Shown: piece after piece, positions 31,765 through 40,604 of the stretch | Layout of the letters: every line of letters begins with the position of its first letter | Numbering within the stretch: position 1 is the stretch's first letter | Source of the DNA: Micropruina sp. | GTDB taxonomy: Bacteria > Actinomycetota > Actinomycetes > Propionibacteriales > Propionibacteriaceae | Assembly: GCA_016711105.1 (NCBI GenBank) | Contig: JADJTO010000033.1 | Location: forward strand, 47,168 to 111,167 | Length of the DNA: 64,000 nt | Direction of reading: 5' to 3' | Program-made: the position numbers and the translations under genes | Notes under the pieces: model-generated | Database searches by the model: none | What the model was told of the DNA's origin: nothing | The model's input: the letters and a program-made list of their open reading frames with translations, nothing else

Positions 31765-32672
31765 TGGACGAAGACCGCGATCCCCAGCGGAACCATCCAG
31801 AGCACCGCCAAGGTCTGGAGGACGCGGTCGTTGAGCACCACGTCCTCGGGTTCCCCGGCGTTTCCGGCATCAATGTCCATCGCGTAGCGGAGCAGGGCCA
31901 GGGTGAAGGGGGCGATCGAAATGGCCGTCCAGGCGATGCCCCACGGTTCCAGCGCCCGGTGTTCGAACGCCCACAGGCTGTAGGACATGATCACGATCGA
32001 GCAGGAGATCGCCCAGACGAAGCGCAGGTAGCTCAGCGAGTAGCGCTCCAGCGACTGCCTGGTGCCGGAGTCGGCGCCCAACTCCTTCATCTCCGAATAG
32101 CGCTTGCCGGCCACCATGAACAGGGAACCGAACGATGCCACCAGGAGGAACCACTGGCTGAGTTCGATCTGTGAGGCGACGCCGCCGGCCACCGCGCGGA
32201 GCAGGAACCCCGAGGAGACCATGGCCAGGTCGATGATCGGCTGATGCTTCAGGAACAGGGAGTAGCCAACTTGGAGCACCCAGTAGGTGGCCAGGGTGAG
32301 CGCCAGCAGCGGCGAGACCCACCAGCCCAAGGCCAAGGCGCCGGCCAAACAGACCACCGCAAGGACGTTCGCCACCGCGGCGCCAAGCTCTCCGGCGGCG
32401 ATCGGACGGAAGCGCTTCTTCGGGTGCAGGCGGTCGGCCTCGACGTCACGGATGTCGTTGATCAGGTAGATCGAGGCGCTGACCAGGGAGAAGGAAACGA
32501 AAGCCCAGAGCGAGTTGATCAGCACCTGCGGCTCGAAAAGCCGTCCCGCGGCCACCGGAGCGGCCAACACCAGGACGTTCTTCACCCACTGTTTTGGTCG
32601 CATCGCCCTCAGCCAGGCGGGCAACAGGGACTTCTTCGGGGATTCGACCAGGGCGGTATCAGCAGTTGTCAT
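31761..32672 (-). CDS. ubiA: Decaprenyl-phosphate phosphoribosyltransferase (UbiA family, Rv3806c-like)
   Basis: MRPKQWVKN, YLINDIRDVEADRLHPKKRFRPIAAG, GKRYSE, GEPEDV. Confidence 0.9.
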   Translation of the reverse strand: MTTADTALVESPKKSLLPAWLRAMRPKQWVKNVLVLAAPVAAGRLFEPQVLINSLWAFVSFSLVSASIYLINDIRDVEADRLHPKKRFRPIAAGELGAAVANVLAVVCLAGALALGWWVSPLLALTLATYWVLQVGYSLFLKHQPIIDLAMVSSGFLLRAVAGGVASQIELSQWFLLVASFGSLFMVAGKRYSEMKELGADSGTRQSLERYSLSYLRFVWAISCSIVIMSYSLWAFEHRALEPWGIAWTAISIAPFTLALLRYAMDIDAGNAGEPEDVVLNDRVLQTLAVLWMVPLGIAVFVQ

Positions 32673-32684
32673 GGCCAAACCAGG

Positions 32685-33302
32685 TTAGCGCCAGAGCGCA
32701 GGCCAGGCGACGCCCAACTCACCCAACAGCACGCGCAGCAAAGGAAGGCTGATCCCGACCACGTTGTGGTAGTCCCCCTCGATGCCGACCACGAACGGGC
32801 CCCCGAAGCCGTCCACCGTGAACGCCCCCGCCACCGCGAGCGGCTCGCCGGTGGCGACGTAGGCCTCGATCTCCTGGTCGGTGAGCTCGGCGAAGTGGAC
32901 GATGGTGGAGGCCACCGCGGTCCGCTCCGCGCAGCCGGGGTCGCTGCCGGGGGAGAGCACGATCACCCGATGCCCGGTGTGCAGGACGCCGCTGCTACCC
33001 CGCAGGCGCTGCCAGCGCTGCAGCGCGTCCTCGGGATCGGACGGCTTGCCGAAGGCCGTGCCGTCCACCTCGAGCAGCGAGTCGCACCCGACGATCACCG
33101 TTGTCACCTCGACTCCGGTGGCGATCACCAGGGCGCTTACCGCTTCCGCTTTCAGGTCGGCCAGGCGCGCTGCCAACTGGGCGGGGGTGTCCGCCGCGAT
33201 CGCGTCCTCGTCCACCCCGGAGACGATGACCTCGGGGCTGAGCCCGGCACGCCGCAGGGTTTCCAGGCGCGCGGGGGAGGCCGACGCCAGAATCAGCCTC
33301 AT
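32685..33302 (-). CDS. maf: Maf-family nucleoside triphosphate pyrophosphatase
   Basis: LILASASPAR, GCDS, GKP, GEPLAVAGAF, NVVGISLP. Confidence 0.92.
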   Translation of the reverse strand: MRLILASASPARLETLRRAGLSPEVIVSGVDEDAIAADTPAQLAARLADLKAEAVSALVIATGVEVTTVIVGCDSLLEVDGTAFGKPSDPEDALQRWQRLRGSSGVLHTGHRVIVLSPGSDPGCAERTAVASTIVHFAELTDQEIEAYVATGEPLAVAGAFTVDGFGGPFVVGIEGDYHNVVGISLPLLRVLLGELGVAWPALWR

Positions 33303-33324
33303 CAGCGTTGCTCGTCCGGCTCGC

Positions 33325-34078
33325 TCAGCGGCCGAAGATCTGGCCGAGGATGTCGCCCAGACCCCCGCCGGAGGACTGCTGTTCCTGCCGACCCTCGTCG
33401 GTGGAGGAAGGTGAGGAGGAGTTCTCGCCGCTGGTCGGCATCCGGAGGTCATCGTCCGGCGCTGCCGCCGGTGTCGGTGCGGAAGGGGGAGTCTGGTTGC
33501 TGCGGCTGGTCGTTGCGACTGGGCGCCGACTGCTGCGGTGCCTGCCCAGCCAAGATCTGGCCCAGGAGATCTCCCAGGCCACTCCCGGAGCTGTCGCCAG
33601 AGTTGCTCCCGCCCCCGAGAATGCCGCCCAGAATCGGTCCGAGGAGGTCACCCAGGCCGCCGCCGGAGGCAGGCTCACTCCGCTCACTCGAGGAGCCCAT
33701 CCCCAGTTTCTTGGCGATGTAGGCCATCACGAGCGGAGCCAGCAGGGGGAGCAGCTTGTCCAACAGGCCGCTCGTACCGCCGCCGGACAACGACTGCAGC
33801 TGGTCGGGGGAGTTGGCGAAGATGTGCTGCACGATGGCCGCGCCGTCCTCGGTATCGATTGCTGCCAGATCGACCACACCCGGCTCACCGGCGTGCTGGG
33901 TCAGCGCCTGCGCCGGGCTGACCTCGCCCTCAATGTTGCCGGCGTTGGCTTGCAGGCCACCGAACAGGGCGGGCAGAACCTGCAAGACCGCCTGCTCGGC
34001 CGTGGCCTCGTCGGTGCCCAGGCTTGCGGCCAGTTGGCCCAGCGGAAGGTCGGCGAGGATCTCCTCAACGGCGTCCAT
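33325..34078 (-). CDS. DUF937 family protein with Gly-rich repeats; probable frame break ~33460
   Basis: LPALFGGL..N, DGAAIVQHIF, LLPLLAPLVM, repeated GGLGDLLG..LG. Confidence 0.8.
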
Positions 34079-34123
34079 GTGGTGTCCTTTCGTGACGGTC
34101 AGAGTCGCGCTGCGATGCGCGAA

Positions 34124-34348
34124 TCAGCGGTGGCTGCGCAGCGAGAGCCGCCACGCATCGGTGCTCGGGGAGGGCAGGTTCCGCAACTGCTGCCGGGGCG
34201 AGGCCCAGGTCGAGCCGACCAGCGGTGCCTCCCCGGCGTTGGTCGGAGTTGCGCTCAGCCTGCTCAGCAGGGCGCTCAGCGCGGCCAGCTCGACATCGCT
34301 CGGATGGCCGCTGACGACCGTCCAGTCGGGCGTGTCGGCGGCTTTCAT
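34124..34348 (-). CDS. Acyl-CoA carboxylase epsilon subunit
   Basis: [14 protein letters not shown]...W...AWR; overlaps the beta-subunit stop. Confidence 0.82.
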   Translation of the reverse strand: MKAADTPDWTVVSGHPSDVELAALSALLSRLSATPTNAGEAPLVGSTWASPRQQLRNLPSPSTDAWRLSLRSHR

Positions 34349-35916
34349 AGGGGGATGTTACCGTGCTTCTTCGGCGGTAATTGGGCCCGCTTGGAGCGCA
34401 ACAGCCGCAGCACACGGGTGATTTCGGCCCGCGTCCGGTGGGGGGCGATCACCTGGTCGATGTAGCCCCGTTCGGCGGCGATGTAGGGGTTGGCCAGCTC
34501 GTCGTTGTAGGCGGTGATCAGTGCCGCCCGGCGCGCTTCGGGATCCTCGGACTCGGCCAGTTCCTTCTTGTACAGGATGTTCACCGCACCCTCGGCTCCC
34601 ATCACCGCGATCTGCGCGGTCGGCCAGGCCAGGTTCACGTCGGCACCGAGCGGCTTGGAGCCCATCACGCAGTAGGCACCGCCGTAGGCCTTGCGGGTGA
34701 TCAGGGTGACCAACGGGACCGTCGCCTCACCGTAGGCATAGATCAGCTTGGCGCCGCGGCGGATGATCCCGTTCCACTCCTGATCGGTGCCGGGCAGGAA
34801 GCCAGGGACGTCCACGAAGGTCAACACCGGGATGTTGAAGGCGTCACAGGTGCGGACGAAGCGGGCCGCCTTCTCGGAGGCGTTGATGTCGAGGCAGCCG
34901 GCGAAGACCATCGGTTGGTTCGCCACCACGCCGACGGCTCGCCCCTCGACCCGGCCGAAGCCGCAGATGATGTTGGGCGCGAAGAGGGCATGGACTTCCA
35001 GGAACTCGTCATCGAGGACCCGCTCGATCACCCGGTGCATGTCGTAGGGCTGGTTGGGGGAGTCGGGGATCACGGTGTCGAGTTCGCGATCCGCCTCACT
35101 GAGCGCGAGATCTGCCGGTTCCTCCTGAGGGGTCCGCGGCTCGTCCAGATTGTTCTGTGGAAGGTAGGCGAGCAGCGCGCGTACGTAGTCCAGCGCGTCC
35201 GCTTCGTCGGCGGCCAGGTAGTGGGAGTTACCGGACGTGGTGTTGTGCGTGCGGCCGCCGCCGAGCTCCTCCATGGTGACGTCCTCGCCGGTCACCGTCT
35301 TGATCACGTTCGGTCCGGTGATGAACATCTGCGAGGTCTGGTCGACCATCACGACGAAATCGGTCAGGGCGGGGGAATAGACGTGGCCGCCGGCCGCGGC
35401 GCCCATGATGATCGAGATCTGGGGGATCACGCCGGAGGCATGGGTGTTGAGTTTGAAGATCTCCGAATAGAGCCCTAGTGAGACGACGCCCTCCTGGATC
35501 CGGGCGCCGCCGCCTTCGACCATGCCGATCACCGGACAGCCGGTCTTCAGCGCCAGCTCCATCACCTTGACGATCTTCTCGCCATAGACCTGACCCAGCG
35601 ACCCGCCGAAGACGGTGACATCTTGGGAGAAGACGCACACGGGACGTCCGTTGATGTCGCCGAAGCCGGTGATCACCCCGTCGGTGTAGGGCCGTTTGCT
35701 CGGCATGTCGAAGGCTGTTGACCGGTGCCGGGCGAACTCGTCCAACTCGGTGAAGGAATCCTCATCGAGCAAGGCCAGCACTCGTTCGCGGGCGGTCAGC
35801 TTGCCTTGCGCGTGGTGGCGCTGCACGGCCGCCGCGGGGCTCGGGCTCAGTGCCTCCTCGGCGCGTCGGGCCAGATCGGCCAGCTTGCCGGCGGTGGTGT
35901 GAGGATCGGCAGCCAT
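34345..35916 (-). CDS. Acyl-(propionyl-)CoA carboxylase beta subunit (AccD5/PccB-like)
   Basis: [39 protein letters not shown]. Confidence 0.96.
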   Translation of the reverse strand: MAADPHTTAGKLADLARRAEEALSPSPAAAVQRHHAQGKLTARERVLALLDEDSFTELDEFARHRSTAFDMPSKRPYTDGVITGFGDINGRPVCVFSQDVTVFGGSLGQVYGEKIVKVMELALKTGCPVIGMVEGGGARIQEGVVSLGLYSEIFKLNTHASGVIPQISIIMGAAAGGHVYSPALTDFVVMVDQTSQMFITGPNVIKTVTGEDVTMEELGGGRTHNTTSGNSHYLAADEADALDYVRALLAYLPQNNLDEPRTPQEEPADLALSEADRELDTVIPDSPNQPYDMHRVIERVLDDEFLEVHALFAPNIICGFGRVEGRAVGVVANQPMVFAGCLDINASEKAARFVRTCDAFNIPVLTFVDVPGFLPGTDQEWNGIIRRGAKLIYAYGEATVPLVTLITRKAYGGAYCVMGSKPLGADVNLAWPTAQIAVMGAEGAVNILYKKELAESEDPEARRAALITAYNDELANPYIAAERGYIDQVIAPHRTRAEITRVLRLLRSKRAQLPPKKHGNIPL

Positions 35917-35972
35917 AAACGCACCCTAGCTGCTGACTCTGACGGATCTTGGGGACTCGCTACGCTCGGCGG

Positions 35973-36761
35973 ATGCAGGCTTCCGTGGATTCAGCTCGAT
36001 TGGCTGAGGTGTTCGCCGCCTCCCCGGTGTGGAGGTCGTTCTCCGCGGTGGTCGAGACCGGGTCGACCAACGCCGACCTGGCCGCGGCAGCCCGGCTCGG
36101 AGTGCCCTCGGGCCTGGTGCTCGTCTCGGATCATCAGAGTGCCGGACGGGGTCGGTTCAATCGCCGCTGGGAGGCTGCCCCGGGGGCATCGGTCGCGCTG
36201 TCGGTGTTGCTGCGTCCGCCGACGTCGGTACCGGCCAGCCGCTGGTTGTGGCTGCCGCTGATCACCGGCCTGGCCGTGGCCGGTGGTTTGCGTCGGGCGG
36301 CTGAGGTGCCCGCTGCGGTCAAGTGGCCCAACGACGTGCTGATCGAGGGGCGCAAGGTCTGCGGGATTCTTGCCGAGCGGGTGGAGCCCTCGACGAGTGA
36401 CGCTGGCCCGGCCGCAATCCTCGGCATGGGGATCAACATCTCGCTGACCGAGGAAGAGCTCCCGGTGCCCACTGCCACGTCGCTACGGCTTGCCGGGTCG
36501 GACGCGAGCGCGACCGAGGTGGTGGTTGGGGTCCTGACTGAGCTCAGTGAGTGGTTCCAGGCGTGGGCCGACGGCGCCGACCTGCGCGAGCGGTATGCCG
36601 CGGCTTGCGACACCATCGGGCGCCGCGTCCGAGTGCTCACCTCGCCGACCGAATCCGTGACGGGTGAGGCGATCGGGGTCGACCAGGACGGGCGGCTGCT
36701 CGTCCGCCACTCCGGGGGGATGACGGCGTTCGCCGCCGGGGACGTTCACCACCTTCGCTGA
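35973..36761 (+). CDS. birA: Biotin--protein ligase
   Basis: TGSTN, QSAGRGRFNRRW, KWPND, KVCGIL, GMGIN. Confidence 0.95.
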   Translation: MQASVDSARLAEVFAASPVWRSFSAVVETGSTNADLAAAARLGVPSGLVLVSDHQSAGRGRFNRRWEAAPGASVALSVLLRPPTSVPASRWLWLPLITGLAVAGGLRRAAEVPAAVKWPNDVLIEGRKVCGILAERVEPSTSDAGPAAILGMGINISLTEEELPVPTATSLRLAGSDASATEVVVGVLTELSEWFQAWADGADLRERYAAACDTIGRRVRVLTSPTESVTGEAIGVDQDGRLLVRHSGGMTAFAAGDVHHLR

Positions 36762-36827
36762 CGGATCTCGGGGGGAACTCCTGCCCGCAGGGGTGCATCG
36801 GGGATGGGTGAGGTGGGTGACAAGGGG

Positions 36828-37210
36828 TGTCAAGGGCCATTGGTTTCTGCCCGGAGGCGGTCATGAAACCTGCCCGGTGACGGCCATGAGAGTTGCCCGC
36901 GGCCGGTTGGTCTATTTGCGACGGGCTCACCCCCTGCCGGCGAGGGCTTGGGTGAGCCGGACGCGGTCAGGTCGTAAGCATCCACAATGTTCATGATCTC
37001 CTCGCCAGACTTCAACATGTCCCTTCCTCGAGTGCTCGACAGGCGCTTCAGCACCGCCAATCGCACCCGAGGAAGGGGCCCGCACCACACAGACGCGGCC
37101 GGGCACAGGTCACAACCGGGCAAATCCCATGACCGCCACCGGGCAGATCTCATGACCGCCAGCGGGCACTTATCTGACCGTCACTGGGCAGTGTCTCGTG
37201 GCCGGCGACA
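36828..37210 (-). mobile_element. 383-bp non-autonomous IS21-family derivative (istA 5' end fused to istB 3' end), 7-bp TSD CAAGGGG
   Basis: TGTC...GACA ends, several ~23-bp subterminal repeats, CAAGGGG at 36821-36827 and 37211-37217, MLKSGEEIMNIVDAYDLT joined to VRLTQALAG. Confidence 0.88.
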
Positions 37211-37231
37211 CAAGGGGTCAGCCGAAGTTAA

Positions 37232-37273
37232 CGTGTGGGGTTAACTACCGAAGTCGGTAGTTAACCCCACACG
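37232..37273. repeat. Perfect 20-bp palindrome (REP-like)
   Basis: CGTGTGGGGTTAACTACCGA-AG-TCGGTAGTTAACCCCACACG. Confidence 0.9.
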
Positions 37274-37514
37274 CTATTTCTCGCGGGCCGCCCCATGGGT
37301 GGGCGGGCGCTTAGCGTGCCAAGGTTGACTCGGGAAGCCAAGAACCGAATTGCGGGCCAATTGGGTGGCAAGCGTGAGTAGACGACGGCCCGTCGGCGGG
37401 TGCCGGGCTGGAAGAGGTCCCGCCTGGACGCGCCCAGCGCCAGCGCGTTGGTGGGTGGGCGAGCCGCCGGTCTGACGGCAGTTCCTTCGACGGGAACCGA
37501 GCCGGTGCCGAAAC

Positions 37515-37879
37515 GCGTTTGGGCGTGCCGGACGCCGATCGAGTTCGGTGCGGAGCTGAACGCGTTTGGACACGCGCTGCTGGTGGGCCGGGAGCCGGAA
37601 CCCGATGGCGGTTGGCATGACGGTGCGCCGCCCGGGAGCGCCGGCGGAACCTTCTGCGGGATCCGGAGGGTGTTAGGCCGTGCCGGGGCGCAGCCCGGGA
37701 GCGATGCGGACCTGGAAGTCTTTGGACACCCCCCCCTGCTCGCAGGCTGGGCCCGAAGCGGGGGTGCGTTTGGGATTGCCGACCGCCGGGTCGGGTGCGA
37801 TGCGGAACGAGCGCGTTTGCACAGTCGCTGAGCGCAGGCCGGGGGGGCCGGGCCGGGGGGTGCGTTTGGGCGTGCCGGA
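37515..37879. repeat. Degenerate 57-bp dispersed direct repeat (two full copies, one partial)
   Basis: 37515-37571 and 37766-37822 both GCGTTTGGG..TGCCG..CGCCG...TGCGGA...CGCGTTTG(G/C)AC; 37862-37879 identical to the first 18 bp of copy 1. Confidence 0.7.
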
Positions 37880-37929
37880 GTTCCGGCCGGGTGGGGGCCG
37901 GTCGGCTCTCGGGCGTCGGCGGCGTCGGG

Positions 37930-39568
37930 TCAGGCGGCGGCTTGGGCGGCGTCTCTGGAGGGGCGTTCTCTGCCGAGGGGGATGGTGCCGTTGGGGGTGA
38001 CGAGGGCGTGGTAGCCGTGGGGTGATCGCCAGTGGAAGATGCCGTCGAGGAGTTGGGTGACGTTCCAGTCGGTGTGGGTTTTGGCCCGGTGGGTGCGTTT
38101 CCCGAACGGGCCGAGGTTGTTGGCCCGGGTTTGTTGGCTGCCGGGTGGTGCTTGTGGGTTGTAGGGGATGGTGTGGTCTTGTTCGCAGCCGCGGGCGGCC
38201 CGGTTGGACCAGGGGAAGGCTTCCACGGTGTGGCGGAGCAGGATGGCTTCGCGGAGCCGGTCGGGGATCTCGTATGCGTCGACTGCCGGGAGGTGGTCGT
38301 GGTCGAGGACGGGGACGACCCGGACGCGGCTGTGGCCGAGGAACTGCCGGACTTGATCGAGGGTGACGGCCCCGACGTGTTCGACCCGGCCGATCCCGGC
38401 ACTGGAGTTGAGGGTGTCGTCGGCGATGTGGACGTACAGGGTGGTTTTGGGCAGGAGCCGGTCGGGGTCGATGCCGGTCAGGTCAAGCACGGCCGGCCGT
38501 TCCTGGCTGAGCGAGTCTTGGTCGGGGGTGCTGGCTAGGAGTTGGGTGGCGTAGCCGGGGGTGGCGAGGATACCCAAGGCACGGGCTCGGAGTTGTTGGC
38601 GGGTGCCTTGTTCGCCGTGGCAGGTCAGGACGTCGGCGACCCGGTTCAGCATGCCGTCGAGGAACAGGCCGTCGCGGGCGGCGAGGCGGGCGAACAGGGT
38701 GGTGGAGCCGTCCCGGATCTCGCCCACCAGCACCTCGTGCGCTTGCTGGGTTTGCTCAGCGCGCGGCGGCGGCTGCTGGGTCGGCTTTGATGATCAGGCT
38801 GGTCAGGTGCCGGACGGCTCGTGGCCAGGGCAGCATCAGGGACGCGGTGGCGAGTTGCTCATCGACCCAGTGGGCCGCTTTGCGGCTCAGTCCGGCGGAG
38901 GCGCAGTCGGTGGCGACCCGGGCGGCTTGCCACGTTTCGAGTTCGAGTTGTTGCACGGCCGTCCAGAGGCGGGGGTGGCGATGTTTCAGGTTGAGGGCGG
39001 CCACCATTCGTAACGCTGCGGCGGTGGGGGGGATCCGCAGCACCAGGGCGAGTTCGTGGGCGAGGAACTCCCCCACCAGCGGGGTTCCATCGGCCCCACC
39101 GGCGACCAGCCGTTCCACCCCCCGATTCGCGGTTGCTTCATTGACCCGATGCTGGACGCACGCGTCCACGATCAACGACAACTCATCAGCTTGGGCTTGT
39201 AGCCGGCGTTCCCGGGCGGCAGCAAGCAGGTCGAACACGTCACCGCCCGACGCATCGCGGCTCGGGTCCCCGTCGCTCTGCGCACTGCTCGACGCATCGC
39301 GGCTCGGCTCACCGCCGCCCGACTCACCACGGCTCGACTCGCCGCCGCTCGACTCGCCGCCGCTCGACTCGCCGCGGCCCGACTCACCGCGGCTCGACTC
39401 ACCACGGCTCGACTCGCCGCCGCCCGACTCACCACGGCTCGACTCACCACGGCTCGACTCACCACGGCTCGACTCACCGCGGCTCGACTCGCCGCCGCTC
39501 GACGCAGTGCTCGACTCACCGCGGGTCGACTCACCGACACCGGCCCCGCCTGCTTCTGTTTCGTCCAT
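37930..39568 (-). CDS. DUF222 / HNH endonuclease-signature protein (13E12-repeat-like); frame break ~38760
   Basis: GADGTPLVGEF..ELA, L.HRHPRLW, RARALGILA, TLYVH, VDAYEIPDRLREA, DHTIPY..TRANNLGP....HRAKTH, WRSPHG. Confidence 0.87.
39299..39493 (-). repeat. In-frame 15-bp tandem repeat x13 encoding GESSR/GESGG/GESSG variants
   Basis: Unit GG(T/C)GAGTCGAGCCG(T/C) counted directly; further degenerate units flank it. Confidence 0.95.
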
Positions 39569-39597
39569 GTGTTCTATTATGTAGGGACCCTCTGACA
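39561..39597 (-). promoter_or_regulatory. Putative DNA-damage promoter (RecA-NDp/PafBC-like) with degenerate SOS box over a leaderless ATG
   Basis: Minus strand TGTCAG-N10-CATAAT-AGAACAC-ATG; TAGAAC-ACAT-GGACGA vs LexA consensus TCGAAC-N4-GTTCGA. Confidence 0.6.
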
Positions 39598-39651
39598 GTT
39601 TTGGTGCCGCCCGGGGTGAGATCGGTGACCATTCCCAATCATTTCTTTGAG

Positions 39652-39697
39652 CGAACCTCCGAACCTCCGAACCTCCGAACCTCCTAGCCTCCGAACC
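39652..39697. repeat. 8-bp tandem repeat CGAACCTC x4 plus degenerate copies
   Basis: Read directly. Confidence 0.9.
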
Positions 39698-40333
39698 GGG
39701 TGCGGGAACCGGTTGTGGTTCTGACCTCTGACCTGTGGTGCGTCGTTGGGAGGGTCGTCCCGGCCGGTCTCCTCGACTCGGCAACGGCCCTCGCTCCCCC
39801 TGTAAGGCAGTGGCAGGGTCGCGCGGGGAGACGCCACACCCGCCGCGCTGCATCGCTCGCTCGCAAGTTCGGGTTGGTGCCTACAGCCTCCGCCCCGCGG
39901 CACGGCAAGCGCCGGTCCTGGAGTCGTACCCGCGAGCGGCGAGATCCGGGGCGAGTGTGCGCGGGTCGAGGTTGTCGCAAGGGCGAAGCCCGAGAACGGC
40001 TGCACCTGGCGATGAGATCGGCCGCGGCCTGATCGCTCGCCATCAGTTTCGGTGCGTTGCGTCAACCAGGCCCTGGTCCCGCTCGTGGTGGTCAGGGTGT
40101 GAAGGCCGGGTGAAAGCTGACTCGCGTGGCCGATCCCCAGTGGACCCCCCTCGTCGGGGTGTTGGTGTCATACCTGGCTGGTTGAGGTGTCCGCGGGTGC
40201 GCCGACCGATGGCGAGGCCGCGCTGGCGGTGGATGAGTGGCCGACCGAGCAGGTGAACGGGCGCCTGCTTCGTCCTGCACTCGGACAACCCGCGTGGTCG
40301 CCCCGGCTGCCTCTTCCGCCGTCACGAGACCTG

Positions 40334-40351
40334 CACATGCTAATGTATGTG
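40334..40351 (+). promoter_or_regulatory. vapBC promoter/operator: extended -10 TGcTAATGT overlapping a CACAT-N8-ATGTG inverted repeat
   Basis: AT-rich patch; ATG at 40353 lies six nt after the -10. Confidence 0.55.
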
Positions 40352-40352
40352 T

Positions 40353-40604
40353 ATGTCTGTAATGGAGCGTCGACTGCAACTGTTGCTCGACCGGGAGCGC
40401 TACGAGCGGGTGCACGCAGAAGCTCTGCGGAGCGGGCGCAGCGTCGCAGCCGTCATCCGCCAGGCCATCGACATCAGCTTTCCCGGCGATGCCGACCTGC
40501 GGGTTGAAGCGGCCCGGCGGCTACTCGCTGTGGTGACGCCTGGAGCCGAGCCGGACTGGCAGGACACGAAGCGGGCGCTCGAGGCGGATGGCCAGGTCGC
40601 ATGA
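40353..40604 (+). CDS. vapB: Ribbon-helix-helix antitoxin
   Basis: RRLQLLLD...SGRSVAAVIRQAID; ATGA overlap with a PIN gene. Confidence 0.85.
   Translation: MSVMERRLQLLLDRERYERVHAEALRSGRSVAAVIRQAIDISFPGDADLRVEAARRLLAVVTPGAEPDWQDTKRALEADGQVA

Noticed and set aside
33325-33700. Repeated GGLGDLLG motif in the DUF937 protein
   Set aside because: Typical low-complexity tail of this family.
37311-38402. 363-aa Pro/Ser/Thr-rich ORF overlapping the HNH 3' end, and ORF 37400-37831
   Set aside because: Alternate frames of skewed sequence; no RBS or domain features.
39299-39697. 15-bp and 8-bp arrays as possible CRISPR
   Set aside because: Contiguous tandem units with no spacers; no cas genes in the window.
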